Assembly: GCF_022045235.1 (NCBI RefSeq)
Contig: NW_027266275.1
Coordinates: 16,492,001-16,556,000, forward strand
Direction: 5' to 3'
DNA: 64,000 bases
Source of the DNA: Haliotis cracherodii
Taxonomy: Eukaryota
Shown here piece after piece: positions 50,101-63,100 of the stretch (the stretch's first letter is position 1; each line of letters begins with the position of its first letter). Below the pieces are notes generated by a model that was not told the DNA's origin, did not search any database, and was given only the letters and a program-made list of their open reading frames with translations. Made by a program: the position numbers and the translations under genes.

Positions 50101-50443
50101 TCGAGAGGTTTCTCAGAAGATATTTACATACACTGACGAAGCCGATGTACGATGGACAACCAGCCAATGGTATTCCGTCATCTTACCTTTAAACAATATT
50201 TTGTGCATTACCTCTCTTCTAATGCGACAACCCGGGACTTTCGCTACTTTATCTTCGTTTATATATACGTTTGTACGTCTGTACGTCTTAGTATGTCTTC
50301 AGGTTTTAGAGTCAGATTTCTTCCTCAATTAACAAACTGGCCTTATCTTTGGCATCTTTTATATGTCACTCAGATGAGTTCTTTGATCAAGCAACGCTTA
50401 CATAAAATAAAGCACAAAACACTCTCCATATTCATGAGGAATC

Positions 50444-50613
50444 GGGGCGGTCGGGTAGCCTGGTGGTTAAAGCGTTCGCTCGTCACGGCGAAGACCCGGG
50501 TTCGATTCCCGACATGGGTACAATGTGTGAAGCCCATTTCTGGTGTCCCCCGCCGTGATATTTCTGGAATATTGCTAAAAGCGGCGTAAAACCATACTCA
50601 CTCACTCACTCAC
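50444..50613 (+). mobile_element. tRNA(Asp-like)-derived SINE, family D, full length
   Basis: 12-bp TSD TCATGAGGAATC, A box TAGCCTGGTGG, GTC anticodon-like loop, B box GGTTCGATTCC, (ACTC)n tail. Fragments at about 25380-25470, 35160-35280, 51640-51780 and 59575-59640. Confidence 0.92.
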
Positions 50614-52257
50614 TCATGAGGAATCTCGTATGACGCTCTTTGAATCTTGGGAGAAGGGGCATGTTCGATTTGTACCTCAAACATTGTGAAATGTAAACAC
50701 CAAGGGCAAAACTGGTTATCTTATTTGAGGCCTTGTCGGTGGGAAAAACTGCCAACTTTTCTTGTACGGCACTCAGACAGCTGGCTGGGAAAGAATAGGG
50801 TTATTATCCACCTTCCTACCAATGAAATCACCATGTAATTACGTATTCCACTTTGAGAGATATTCAACAGGTTACCATCATATGATTGTATTTGGGTATA
50901 GGAAAACACGTTTTCGAAATACGATCGCGATAAAAATTAATATGTAAGAACTGATGCAATGAAGGCCTCTAGCTGCTATACTAATATACATTGTAGTCAC
51001 CGAGTTGCATTGACAAGTGTGTAATGGCGACATGTACAAAACGTTTTATTACTTGTCATCGTGTGTATAAAAACATGATCCTGTTATAGAATGCCATAAT
51101 GCTAAATACACTGCCTATTTCATGATGCGAATAATGATATTATATAATATTATATAAAAAACATTGGTTTACTGGTTTGTTTTATGAATATTATCTTATT
51201 TACAGGTTGGGTCCGAACTTATTGTGCAATCGGTCTCAGCCTGTCAGTCTGATTATGTTTGAGGAAGGCATGGTAATAGCCTCATCAGATCAGTGCTGGT
51301 CCAGCGTTAGTGCAACATCCATGGTGAACCTGGCTTTACCCAGTATTTCCGCGCGGTCGTCTCGAAGTCTCATGATGATGTCGCCTCCACGTTTGGAACA
51401 CTGTCTCGCTGAAAATGATACGGCTAAATAATACGAACGGGTGCTTTAGGCAAACCGTACTTGCTGGTGCAATTAGTGATCAAATGCAATAAAACATTCT
51501 GAAAAAATAAACAAATATTTGATGTTTTTCGTCATATGACGCTGACAAACGTTCAATTAAATGTCAAAAGGTCTTCTAATAGCAACAGCTTAATACCCAT
51601 ACTTGATTCATTGTAATGATTATACTAATAACAATCCATGGTTATCAGGTAACCTCGTGGTTGAAACGTTTGACCGTCACGCCGAACCCGGGTCGATTTT
51701 CCACGTGCGGGAAGCCCTGTTTTGGTATTTGTGTCGAGATTTATTCGAATATTACTCAAACCAGCTTAACCCACACTAGCTTATACATTCAGTCACTTCT
51801 GTATTATTACAGATGGTTTCCACCCAAACAAAAGCACAGCTGACTTGCCACCAACCCCTCACTTCAAGATTCTTTCAGCAACATTGTAAGTTGACAACGT
51901 CACGCCCTTACCATGGAAATATCTCTTGCCTAACTGTTGTGACCAGTAATGCGCAAGGACCGTCTGCGCAGATCCCGTCACCGCATCTTCTCTAGAGCTT
52001 GTCCATGGAGAAAAACACCGGGAGACAAAATCATACGGAGTGACGGACTTATCAACGTATCCCTCCTCGGTAGAGCCTCTTGTGGTGACAATAAGAACCC
52101 TCAATTTGTTTGTTGATGTTTCTATTGATCCAATGTCTGGTTGCCAACATTCAAACTGATGTCTGCAAGTTAACATTGAAATAAAAACAATAATATTAAT
52201 CTGTAAACAAAAATAAGATATTGTGACATCATACTGCACATCCAATGACATTATTTA

Positions 52258-54316
52258 CATGGAGCAGAAATGAGCCAGAAAGGGATGTTGGGGTTGTAAG
52301 GATCAACTATTAGTTCAGAAAATGATCCTTGAAGAAGCTAAAACTTACCACCGTAACCTCTCAATAAGTTGGATAGACTACAGAAAAGCTTATGATTCTG
52401 TACCTCACGAATGGATTTTGAGATCACTGGAATGTATTGACTTCCCCGAGCGACTACTTGTTTTACTCAAGTTTTTAATGAATAGCTTGTCAACTCAACT
52501 TGAGATGTATTCGCAGCGGCAGGTGGTGACTTCGGAACCCATTTCTATCAGAAGAGGAATATTTCAGGGCGATTCTTTTAGCCCTTTGCTTTTCTGTTTG
52601 TCACTAAATCCTTTAAGCTTTTTGCTCAGCAAAATGGAAGGTTATCACCCGGGACCTCCAAAGCACAGATCCCCAACACCCCTTACTCACCTCCTTTACA
52701 TGGATGACCTTGAACTTATTTCCAATGGTGGATCTACATTAAAATAACAGATTCTGCTCGTCGAGTCATTTTCTAATGATATCGGCATGTCCTTTGGACC
52801 TGACAAATGCAACATTCTTCATCTGGCAAGGTAGAAGAGGGAGGATCAGTCAGTTTACTTGGAGGAGTTATTGACCATCTTGTGGAAGGTCAGGCCTATA
52901 CGTACTTAGGGATGCAGATTAGGGACAAACTCCAGAATGCCCATATCAAGGGCAAACTTCGGGCCGAGTACAAATGTAGACTAAAGAAAATCTGGAGTTC
53001 AGAGCTAAACGCTCGCAAAAAAGTAAAAGCCACAAATACTTATGCTGTGACAATCCTTTCGTATTCTTATGTGTTGTTGATTGGACGAAACAAGAAATAC
53101 TGGGTACTGACACCCTCACACGAAGAATCATGATAGACACTAGATCCCACCACCCTCGCTCTTCCCTCAATCACTTATATTTACCAATTATGATGGGAGG
53201 GCGTGGTTTAATGTCGACTCCGAGGCTCTTCATGATAGAATTGTTTTGTGTACTTTTGCACACATTAATTTGTCTGATGATGCTCTTGTGAAGCACGTCA
53301 AGACTCAAGATGAAAACAAGGTATTCCACGGTTTTCTAAAACGAGGCAAGGATGTGGGACATATTCTCAATGTCGGTGTTGATTTTGTCGATGGTTCTGT
53401 ACAGCTGTACGGTACAGAAATGAGTGCAGAGTCCTTCGCTTGGATGATGTCGTCTGGCCTGAAAAGTGAAACTGAAGGCTTTCTGTTTGCTGCTCAGGAC
53501 CAGTCACTTCCCACTCGAAACCGTCAATGTGTGATTTTGCATCAATGTAAATATGAAATGTAAATTATGTAATGAATTTAAATGAGACTGTCCAACAGAT
53601 TGTCAGTGGATACCCAGCTTTGGCACAAACAGAGTATCTTAAACGACATGATGTTGTAGCTCGATCATTTTAATACCGTCTTCGCCATGCTTGTGGTTTT
53701 GACACAGAGGTCCATCCATGGTACAGCCCGGAATATGTAGGGGGCATCATGGAAAATGATAAATACAAAATTCTTTGGAATAGGCCCATTTACAGCCTTA
53801 GGCGTATCCGGGCCAACAAACCTGATCTTTCCCTTGATAAATCCAATGAAATCATTTATATCATTGAATTTTCTGTCCCCTTTGACAGTAATGTGATATA
53901 CAAAATTGAGGAAAAAAATGGCAAATATGCAGACCTCACTTTCGAAATGTCACGCTTGCATCCCAAGTAGCAAGTTGTCCGACTCCCCATTGTTCTCGGT
54001 GTCTTAGGTTTGGTACCTCCCAATCTGTTGACTGACATCGGGAGAGTACCCGGGTTTGCTACGAGGAATACAGCCCCTCTTACAATCTGGGTAATGTAGA
54101 AGGCTGCAGTGTTGGGGAGTCTTCACATTCTCCGAAAGGTTCTGGGTGGGTTTGACAAGGCAGCGCTTCCTGGGAGAAGTCCTATTCGCTGTCTGGGCTG
54201 CGTGTAGAGGAGGCAAGGGCCCTGAGCTGATGATGAGCCTAACCAGACTGACTGTGCCAGGATCACCCAAACCCTCTTTGCTACATTTTGTATTTTAATC
54301 TGTAAATAATAATAAT
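52258..54316 (+). mobile_element. 5'-truncated non-LTR retrotransposon with RT and a C-terminal restriction-like endonuclease (R4/NeSL-type), decayed
   Basis: WIDYRKAYDSVPHEWI, RRGIFQGDSFSPLLF, HLLYMDDL, TEGFLFAAQDQ, RANKPDL...IIEFSVP...KYADL. Ends in (AAT)n. Lies in intron 6 of PBLD-D. Confidence 0.9.
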
Positions 54317-55017
54317 CGCTCAATCGCTTATACTTACCAATTATGATGGGATGACTTGGTTTGATTAATGTGGAGGCTCTTCGTGATAGAATTGTTTTGT
54401 GCACTTTTGCACACATTATCATTTAATTGTCTGATGATCCTCTTGTGAAGCCTGTTAAGACTCATGATGAAAACAATGCATTCCACAGTTTTCTAAAGCG
54501 AGCCAAGGATGTGGGACATAATCTCAATGTCAGTGTTGATAATGTTGATGGTTCTGTACTGTTGGGCGGTACAGAAATGAGTGTCAACCAAGCGAAGTGC
54601 CATTTCAAGTCGCCCCAGACTCAGTTTTTCAAGGAGAGGCTTTCTGAACGACCACTGCATCGAGTTTATGTGCAGTGTGTTGAGAAGATCAGCAACCCTA
54701 CAGAGTCCTTTGTTGGATGAGGTCGGCTGGAAAGTTATACAGAAGGCTTTCTGTTTGCTGCTCAGGACCATCACTTCCCACTCGAAACCGTCAATGTGTG
54801 ATTTTGCATCAAAATGTAAATATGAAATGTAGATTATGTAATGAATTTAATGAGATTGTCAGTGGATGCCCTGCTTTTCCACAAACGCAGCATCCGAAAC
54901 GCGATGATGGTGTGGCTCGATCATTTTATTACCGTCTTCGCCATGCTTTAAGTTTTGACACAGAGGTCCCTCCATGGTACGATCCAGATTATGTAGAGGG
55001 CGTCATGGAAATGATAA
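54317..55017 (+). mobile_element. Second internal fragment of the same non-LTR family
   Basis: Parallels 53165-53765 but keeps about 125 bp (54575-54700) missing from the first copy. Contains CRLCNE...IVSGC...RDD. Confidence 0.85.
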
Positions 55018-55435
55018 AGGCAGGGTAACAATGAGTACTACCTTCTAACATTTTTTGGTATGACGCGGCCGGGGATCGAACCCAAGACTTTACGCACTCC
55101 GGGGTGACGCTCTACCACTAGACCACGTTCGTGACTGAAACAACTGTGGTTAATTCGTTGTTATGCAATATTGATACATAACATCTTAGAAGCTTTGAAC
55201 ATTTACCATGTCTGTACAGGATCTCTAGATGTTGTGGGCTGTCTGTTGGACATATACTATTGCTTTTAAAAGCCAACTAAGGATTTAGAAAATTGCGACA
55301 TACCTTGACCAGCCATCTTGTAGTCTCACTGGCAGGAACCGTAGAGGCTGACAGTAGGCGACATCCATGACCCCGGGAACGTCCCCGCGAGCCTTGGAAA
55401 CACATATGAAAATCCACCAATAATAATTTTCCTGA

Positions 55436-55917
55436 TCAATCTCGCTAAACAAAGATCTGAGGACATCCCATTACGGGTCACGTCAGAACGACCTTTCATC
55501 CAACCAATCAGAGCGTCGCTTACCAGATCATGAAAGTGACAGACGGAATAAGTTTTCTAATCATGCAACCTCGAAATATTTAACTGGGTATTCCGAACGA
55601 CAGTTACGGGTTTTATGATTATGTCCATACAATCTTGGCCATCTATAAGCCATTCCAGAATGTACTTTTTATCAGTTTTAAAATTTTTAATCGAGAATAC
55701 GTCAAAATATGTTTCGAAGTGTAGTCGCCAGTTTGAAACTAAGTGTCGTAAAGCTCGAGAAAGCTGCCTTCTGATTGGCTAATGTCGATTTCTTGTCAGT
55801 CATTTCATTGATCGGTCAAAGTTTGCGAAAGATCGTTCTGACGTGAACCGTAATGGGATGTCATCAGATCTTTGTTTAGCGGTAGCAAAAGCTAAGATCT
55901 GATCTTAATGAGATTGA
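55436..55917. mobile_element. Non-autonomous DNA transposon with long subterminal inverted repeats and an 8-9 bp TSD
   Basis: Ends TCAATCTC and GAGATTGA, ~45-bp inverted repeat GCTAAACAAAGATCTGA.GACATCCCATTACGG.TCACGTCAGAACGA, TSD TTTCCTGA(T). Relic D2 shows the empty site (about 43635). Confidence 0.85.
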
Positions 55918-56680
55918 TTTCCTGATATTTCTTTATCATCATGAAAACATAATGATAACCAATTGCAACAATAGTCCAATAGTCGCCAAGATTCTGATAC
56001 TTGGTATTTTAGCACCATACCCATGTTCCTGGGTTTCCCAAAAGTGGTAAACGTCGACGACGAACATCTGCACATCTTTGGGCTTTCACTGACAATACGC
56101 TGACACTCACAGTCGCGTTAACCACAACTCAATGACTTGATATTTGTAACAAGTTCATACGAACTGATAGAATAGCCGAATGATACCGTAGCTCCTGAAA
56201 ACAGATAACCACCTTATTCATGTAAACGGCCTGAGTGAGTGGGTGAATAATATTTCATACTACTACTACCACGACGACGACGACGACGATGGTGATAAAC
56301 AACAACAACAACAATAAGACTGATGACAGTGAAAAGTGAAAATATGAGGAAGTGAAATACAAATGATGAAAGTCAAGTATTCTAATCCGTGTGCTGTTCC
56401 AAATATGTTGGATAAACTCTACGATGCATTTTAGTATGCGCGCATTCAGGTGATCCTTGGTGCAAAAAAAGTCAGAATGTCTTACATTAACCAGGAGTTA
56501 AAAAGAATCTTGCCCCTGCTTTTAACGCACTGTACTGCTGGACTATTCAAAATTAGATGTCAGTGGGCGAATAATAATCTAAATATGCACGGGGTAACAC
56601 ATTTAAGGAGACGAGGTTATGAATTACTGTGGGCTAGAGCTCACTTTCACCCATTACTAAGACAGAGGTCATCTAACATA

Positions 56681-57003
56681 GGTGTGTGTGTGCGTGTGGG
56701 GGGATGGAGGGTGGTGGTGGTGGTTACGGGTGACCCAGTCGTCTAAGGCGCCACGATTCGCTGTGCAGAAATGCGTCCCTTGGGCACGCCAGAAACCTAC
56801 GATTGTGGGTTCGAATCCAGGTTCGCCCCGATTATGTTCCTAGGGTTGTCAGCACGATACCCGTGCTCGTTGGTTTCACCGAAGTGGTAAACGTCTGAGA
56901 CCGACCTGTGTCACTTTGGGCTTTCCTCCCACATTAAGCTGACACACCGCGATATAACTGGAATACTGTTAAAAGCGGCATTAAACTCAACTCACTCACT
57001 CAC
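56681..57003 (+). mobile_element. SINE family L with a GT-rich 5' extension
   Basis: TSD TCTAACATA (56672-56680 and 57004-57012). Confidence 0.88.
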
Positions 57004-58169
57004 TCTAACATAATGTATATACATGTAGTCTATGAATGAAACCACTGCAGTGTTTGTAGCAGATCCTGAATACGTATGGCTCCGACATGTGGTCCGTTCA
57101 TAATACAACACTGAGCAGCCTCAGGATCAGTGAAGATGACAATGTAAGATTGGCCAATATGTACGAATAACACACTTCCTCTTCTGTTTGATAAAGGGTT
57201 TCAATTGTCAAGCAATCTGCAGTGGAAACTGTTCGTCTAAAACCTGGCTGTTGGGTTATGACACTTACATATGATACTGTTTCTGCATATGGATATTTAC
57301 CTCTTTGACAATGTGCCCAATAGGAAGATCTAACGAGAAATATTCATCCTCCTGTTTCAAGAATAGGTCTCCCACGAGTGTTTTGAATACGATACAGGCG
57401 TTAGTATTTCCTACAAATATAGACGCATTTCATGATATTTTGTAGAGCATCAATTTAGGGTCTTTGGCTGGAGAAGGCAACGCGTTAACTGCCAAGCTAC
57501 CCCACCGTCCCCTTTTAGTGTAAAGAATTCCAATAGTGGTAATGATAGATACGATACACATTGTGAGATAAGACATATTCGAAGCAAGTGAAGTATAGAA
57601 TCAGATATCAGTATGATATAAATAAACATAAAGCCACTGCTTTGAAACTCAAATATTTGCAACACACGATCAAACGTGCCGGTAAGACAGGACATACTTA
57701 TTCTTACCGCTGACACCTGGTGTGATTAATGACTTTCAGTGATCCATTCATATAATTTTCTCTGCTATAGTGGGCTTAATCCGTAAAACTCTTTATCAGC
57801 GGATATTCTTGTTTGTTGGTTTGTTGTTTAACATTCCAGCTATATGACGGCCGGCGGGTATTCTCTGACGTACATATATATATTCTTTAAAAAGTTGGGG
57901 ATCACGAAATATAAATGTTAATGCCAAGTATAAGAACAAAGATAAGTCTTGACGACAAACATCCTATGGAAGAACGTTTATACATCCGATAGTTTGCACG
58001 TACCAGGCAGTAGAGCCACACGCGTGCGTAGGATGACGTTCCTGATTTTGACACTTTCAACGAAGGTCGATTAATCTCTGGACCATTATTTCTGTCAACC
58101 TTATTGATTCTGCGTATCATAGGTTGTGATTTACTTAGTTTACTTCAATTCAGTCGAAACTGGGGTAAT

Positions 58170-58922
58170 CATCGCTGATCACATGTCATGTTTTCATATG
58201 AGTCTCTTCCTTGAGGCGTGGTTGAAATGAACAAGCCAATGTCAACCTGAGACTTCATGGCAGATTTGGCGGTGGATAGGTTATGGTATGGGGTGGCATC
58301 AGTATGACTGACCGAACTGAACTCCATATTGTGCAAGGGAGGATCTCTGGGCAGTACTATCGGAACAACAGACTGACACACTTTGTTGTTCCGTTTGCAA
58401 AGCGTGTGGGTTGGCGTTTTGTCTTTCGGTACGACAACGCCCGTGCTCATCGTGCACGAATTGCCTCCAGCAGCACAACATCCAAAGACTGCCATGGCCA
58501 GCAATGAGTCCTGATCGTTTCCCCCTTCAACACATCTGCGACATGATAGGAATAAGTGTACGTCAACGTCCGAGACCGCTGAACACATTATCTGAACTTG
58601 GTCAGGCGCTGCAAGAGGAGTGGGACTGACAGCCTCCAATCGCCATTATGAGACGCACACGCAGTATGCCTCGTCCAGTGAATGAATGCCACAAATCATG
58701 GCGGTACTGCGCACAGCTCATCCAAAAACGTCAACTTTGAAATGCCCATCTTACACCTATCATCCTTCAAGATCGTTGGCGGTCATAACATCTACTATCA
58801 AACTTCACGACCGGTTGTGATGTGTTCCCAATTCGTTAATTATTATCATACAACTAATACTAGAAACTAATATCTGGAAATTAAGTTATCCCCGAGTATC
58901 CCTTTGGTGTTTTTAAGAGTAT
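58170..58922 (+). mobile_element. Decayed Tc1 transposon, 3' half
   Basis: MVWGGISMTDRTELHIVQG, FRYDNARAHRAR, LPWPAMSPD, ELGQALQEEW. Confidence 0.82.
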
Positions 58923-60063
58923 AATACAAACATAATCAAGAATATACAAAAAATAATAATACAAAAGTATCGTTGGTCTTGCATGAAGGTTAGCTTCCTA
59001 TGACTTATGTAAATGTCTACAACAGAGGGAAAACGTTATCGTACTTGGGGATTCTGTTCGGATTGAGTAAAATACAGTGACAGGTATACCAGTTTGCAGA
59101 GAATACAACATGGGTATATCCTTACTCATTTTCCTGAAAAGAACTGCTGCAGACCCGAGTGTGCCATGGCCACATAGCCGTACTTCATTGGATCTGGTTA
59201 AAGATCGGAGTTTGAACGTTATGCCTGGTGAAAAACAGCAAACATCCACGTTATTACAGGCCGAGTTTAAATACCAATGTATGCTTATGTTCAATATGGA
59301 GCTAGAACAAGAAAGCCGACATCACATCATTATGGAAATAGTAAAACAATCACTGACAATTTACAGTATACCTTTGTGTTCTTTGTAATTGGTTCCCCTT
59401 TCGACATGTATCGTCGCCATTGTTAAAGAATAACCTGGTCACGACAGAACGACGTTTTACATGATAAGGATAAAAACAGATTTTGAAATAATATTTTAGC
59501 CCTTCAATTGAGAAAAGTAGGATGCGTGCTGTCGTACGTTCTTAAATGCCATAGCCATTATCAAGATTTTTTGGTGAGTGAGTATGGTTTTACGCCACCT
59601 TTAGCAATATTCCAGCACAATCACGGCGGGGGACACCCATTGCTTTGAAGGACCCCTAGATACAAACATAGAAATTGATATAGATCGTGACGAACGCATT
59701 TTTATACTTTTAGAGTTTACCACAACAAACTTGATTTTTATTATTTCTTTTAAAAACACTTAAGACCATTTGTTTACATCACCAGATTGAAAGGTGCCTG
59801 ATTCGCCGACAGGTTGGACAAATGTAGTTTCACCCATGCCCACCTCGCTGGCAATCTCCTGCATGACGGTGTTCGTCAGATCCCGAAAATGACACACACT
59901 TCAGTTGCACACTGCGCATACAGACGGGATATGACTCCAGAGATTTGTCTTAATTATAATATGATTACATAATTGTATGGTTGCACTATTTTTTAGACTA
60001 TGGTATTACTTTTCCATCACGTGGCTAAGATGTTATTTCATGCACTGCCTGAAAACACAGCAT

Positions 60064-60156
60064 GCCCGTGAAGATCCGGGGTAGAGTAGGTCTTCAGCAA
60101 CCCATGCCTGTCGTAAAAGACGTCTATGCTTGTCGTGAGAGGCGAATAACGGGATC
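60064..60156 (+). mobile_element. SINE family R head, truncated at the start of a DNA transposon
   Basis: CCCGTGAAGATCCGGGGTAGAGTAGGTCTTCAGCAACCC...AACGGGATC, then the homology stops abruptly. Confidence 0.85.
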
Positions 60157-60162
60157 AGTTTA

Positions 60163-63100
60163 GGGTCATTTGTACGATTCGCAAATGTGAGCTGTATATA
60201 GATAGTGACGTAACGTCAGTCACTTCCGGCGGTCGAAATGCGGACAGATATAACACGGACAGAGGCGGCGCGAAAATGGCCAAATCTGCAAGGAAGGAGG
60301 AACGAAACACTGTTGCTGTGGGCGATGCAATAGTGACAGCCGATTTACTGAGCCGGATTACATGAAAGGGGTCCTTTTTATTCGTTTTCCGAAACCACAT
60401 CCTGATTTGGCGAGGTGTCAGCGCTGGGTAACATTCGTGATCAACTCGTGATATTTCGGGACACGCCGAATAGCGACTCGTGCCCCTCTCGTGGACATTT
60501 TTGCGACTGGGTTCCGTCTAAGAGTAAACGGGCTTCGGTGAAAGAATTGTCAACTCATTGCGTAATGATACAAGTTTATACCGCTGGATGCCCAGTATTT
60601 TTTTCTGACGCACATTTTCCTAAGATCTGAAAAGTCATGGCATCTACCTCCGGCGATAAAATTACGCAGAGATCTAGAATATTAAATTTCCTATCTGAAG
60701 GTGTATATTTTACTGCAAATATTAAGCCGGTTTGAAAACAAGACACTGCTAAGTGTTGTTCGAGAATGTATTCTGCATTGCTTTCTCCCCTTTTTATCGT
60801 ACACCGATAAACGCACTAACGTGTTGTTTTTTTTATTAAGCAGCTTAACGGAAACTGTGTGAGTACAAAAAAATGCCTGATATCTGAACGACATAAATGT
60901 ATATCAAATGGATTTATATGCTTGTGTATAACGTTATGCATTCAATAAAACATATAGCCTGTCGTATATGACGAAAACTGATTTTCGTGGATGACGCCAA
61001 AAGACGACAGAGAGGTTCCACACATACACATAAAAGGGTCATAACTCAGCTATTCTTAGCCCTAGGTTATTATGTAACTCACGTCACTTGGTGAGAAATG
61101 GATAAGCTGTGGATAAGGATAATATCTTTTCGTGGTGTTTTGTTCACGAGGAACCAAACTATTCCAATACTTTAAGGTATAAAAAAGAACCCGTAAGAAA
61201 TTTTAAAATCGTACTTCTTATAAAAGGAAGTAATAGTGAAATGGATGGCCCTATCTAACCTACTAATTAGTCCCAGATTCCAACATTCTCCTGATTGTGC
61301 AATTGTAATTTGACTTATGTTGCACCATTCAAAGGGGAGCACTAGCCTTTTCATAAAATCTAATGAATTTATGAAAAAGTGACACCATTATATTTGACGT
61401 CGTGACTGGGTTAATGTCGGAGAAAGACGACATTGGTATTTTGATTAATATATATCTGCCCTAATTTTCGTTCATGGTATTGAAAATGTCGATGAGTAAA
61501 ATGGAATTTGAGGCTTTTTCGACACAACATAAAATGACTGCTTTTACCATGCAAATAATGTCGTGTATAAATACACCATTAGATAGTTTAGGGTAAAACT
61601 TAATTGGAAAAGATACGCACCTGTTTGGCATAAATCATACGTAATCAAATACCCAAACGTATATTTCCAAACAAACAATATTATCCTCAATATTAGACAT
61701 CTCTTTGTTCATTATTATGTGATTATTTCTCTTTATTTCGTCTCAGAATGATACAATAAAAGAAAGCTCCTTTGGTATAGAATTATCAGGATAATCGTAT
61801 AAAGTTCGACCAACGGGGTATACATGTCACAGCTTATATATGTTATACTTTTAACAATTCTTTGAGAAAATAAAATAAACAGTCTAATACACACAATATT
61901 TAAAAAAATGTGAACCCATTGATACAAAACGAGAGGAATAATTCGTAAATCGCGCACCTAGCAAATCATCAGACATCACCGTTCTGTCTGTCAAACAACA
62001 ACAAAAAGATAATATCGAATACGAAGCTGTAAACTTTTCTTGTGTAAACAATGTTAAAAAAACAGTAGATTATCAAATTTCATACATTTTGTGGCCAATG
62101 AGGGCTAATTGTGAAAGACCCGTACCAAGTCGATGGTTTTCATTTATTTCTCTACATAGTCCCCTTCCAGGTTTACAGACTTTTTGCCAGCGATGCTGCA
62201 AGGCCTGGATGACGGTCAAGAAGAAATTTTCTTCAGCCACCCAAAAAAAGTCGTTCACGGCGGAAATGACGTCATCATTACAAGGAAAATAGCGACCGGC
62301 TAGTTCCTTTTTCAATTTGGGAAACAGGTGGAAGTCTGACGGGGCCAAATCGGGTGAATAAGGGGGATGGTCAATGAGTTCGAAGGCACAATCATGGACC
62401 GCTGACATGGCAACCACCGATTTGTGAACAGGAGCATTGTCTTGGTGGAACAGGACTCCTTTAGTGAGCATTCCCCGTCGCTTAGCTTTGATAGCTTCAC
62501 GCAACTGTCTCAGTAGGCCAGCATAATATCTTCCATTGATAGTCTGGCCTTTTTCAAGATAGTCAATCAGCAGAATACCCTGGAATCCCAAAAGACTGAA
62601 GCCATCACCTTTCCAGCAGAAGGAACCGACTTAGCTCTCATCCATGGTTACAAATCGGGTCATAAAATCATCGGGATCTGCTTCAAAACGGCATAAATTG
62701 TCACGGGACGTCAGGAATCTGACACATTTCTGATCCGCTGTCAAGAGATTTGGCACCCATCTTACAGAAACTTTTGTCATTCCCAACTCGTTGGTGATAA
62801 TGTGCTCAACCCTCTCATGAGAGATTCCCACAACACTGGCAATATGTCGAGTGGTCAATCGTCGATCAGCCATCACCATGTCATGCACCCGGGTAATGTT
62901 TTCCGGAATGGTTGTTGTTGAAGGCCTTCCTGGACGCGGGTCATCGTCAAGGCTCTCTCTGCCACGCTTGATATCCGCAGCCCACTTCTTTTACAGTGGA
63001 AAAGGAGTAGTTATCAACAGATTTGGATCATAGTTGTAGAAATATGTTTATTTAAATAGAAACTGGATCTAAACATGCTACATTTGTTTTAAATATTACA

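Larger units (their letters stand above)
51290..59882 (-). pseudogene. PBLD: Divergent PBLD/PhzF paralogue (type 2, copy D), exons 2-8 open; exon 1 not found in the window; functional status uncertain
   Basis: Exons 59882-59783 (QEIASEVGMGETTF, acceptor CGG), 59224-59126 (EVRLCGHGTLGSAA), 57410-57301, 56194-56165, 55392-55304, 52162-51912 ([16 protein letters not shown]) and 51408-51290. Sizes 100/99/110/30/89/251 equal those of type 1. Confidence 0.8.

Noticed and set aside
54220-54270. CTGATGATGAG hammerhead-like motif in the non-LTR 3'UTR
   Set aside because: The GAAA core is absent and the sequence is too degenerate to support.
55930-56194. Possible Cys-rich exon of a separate gene (also near 43680-43900)
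   Set aside because: It contains stops and resolves as the 30-nt PBLD-D exon 5 plus intron 5.
25473-59882. Bacterial phenazine operon or recent horizontal transfer
   Set aside because: The genes have seven spliceosomal introns and align end to end with animal PBLD, and no other phz genes are present.
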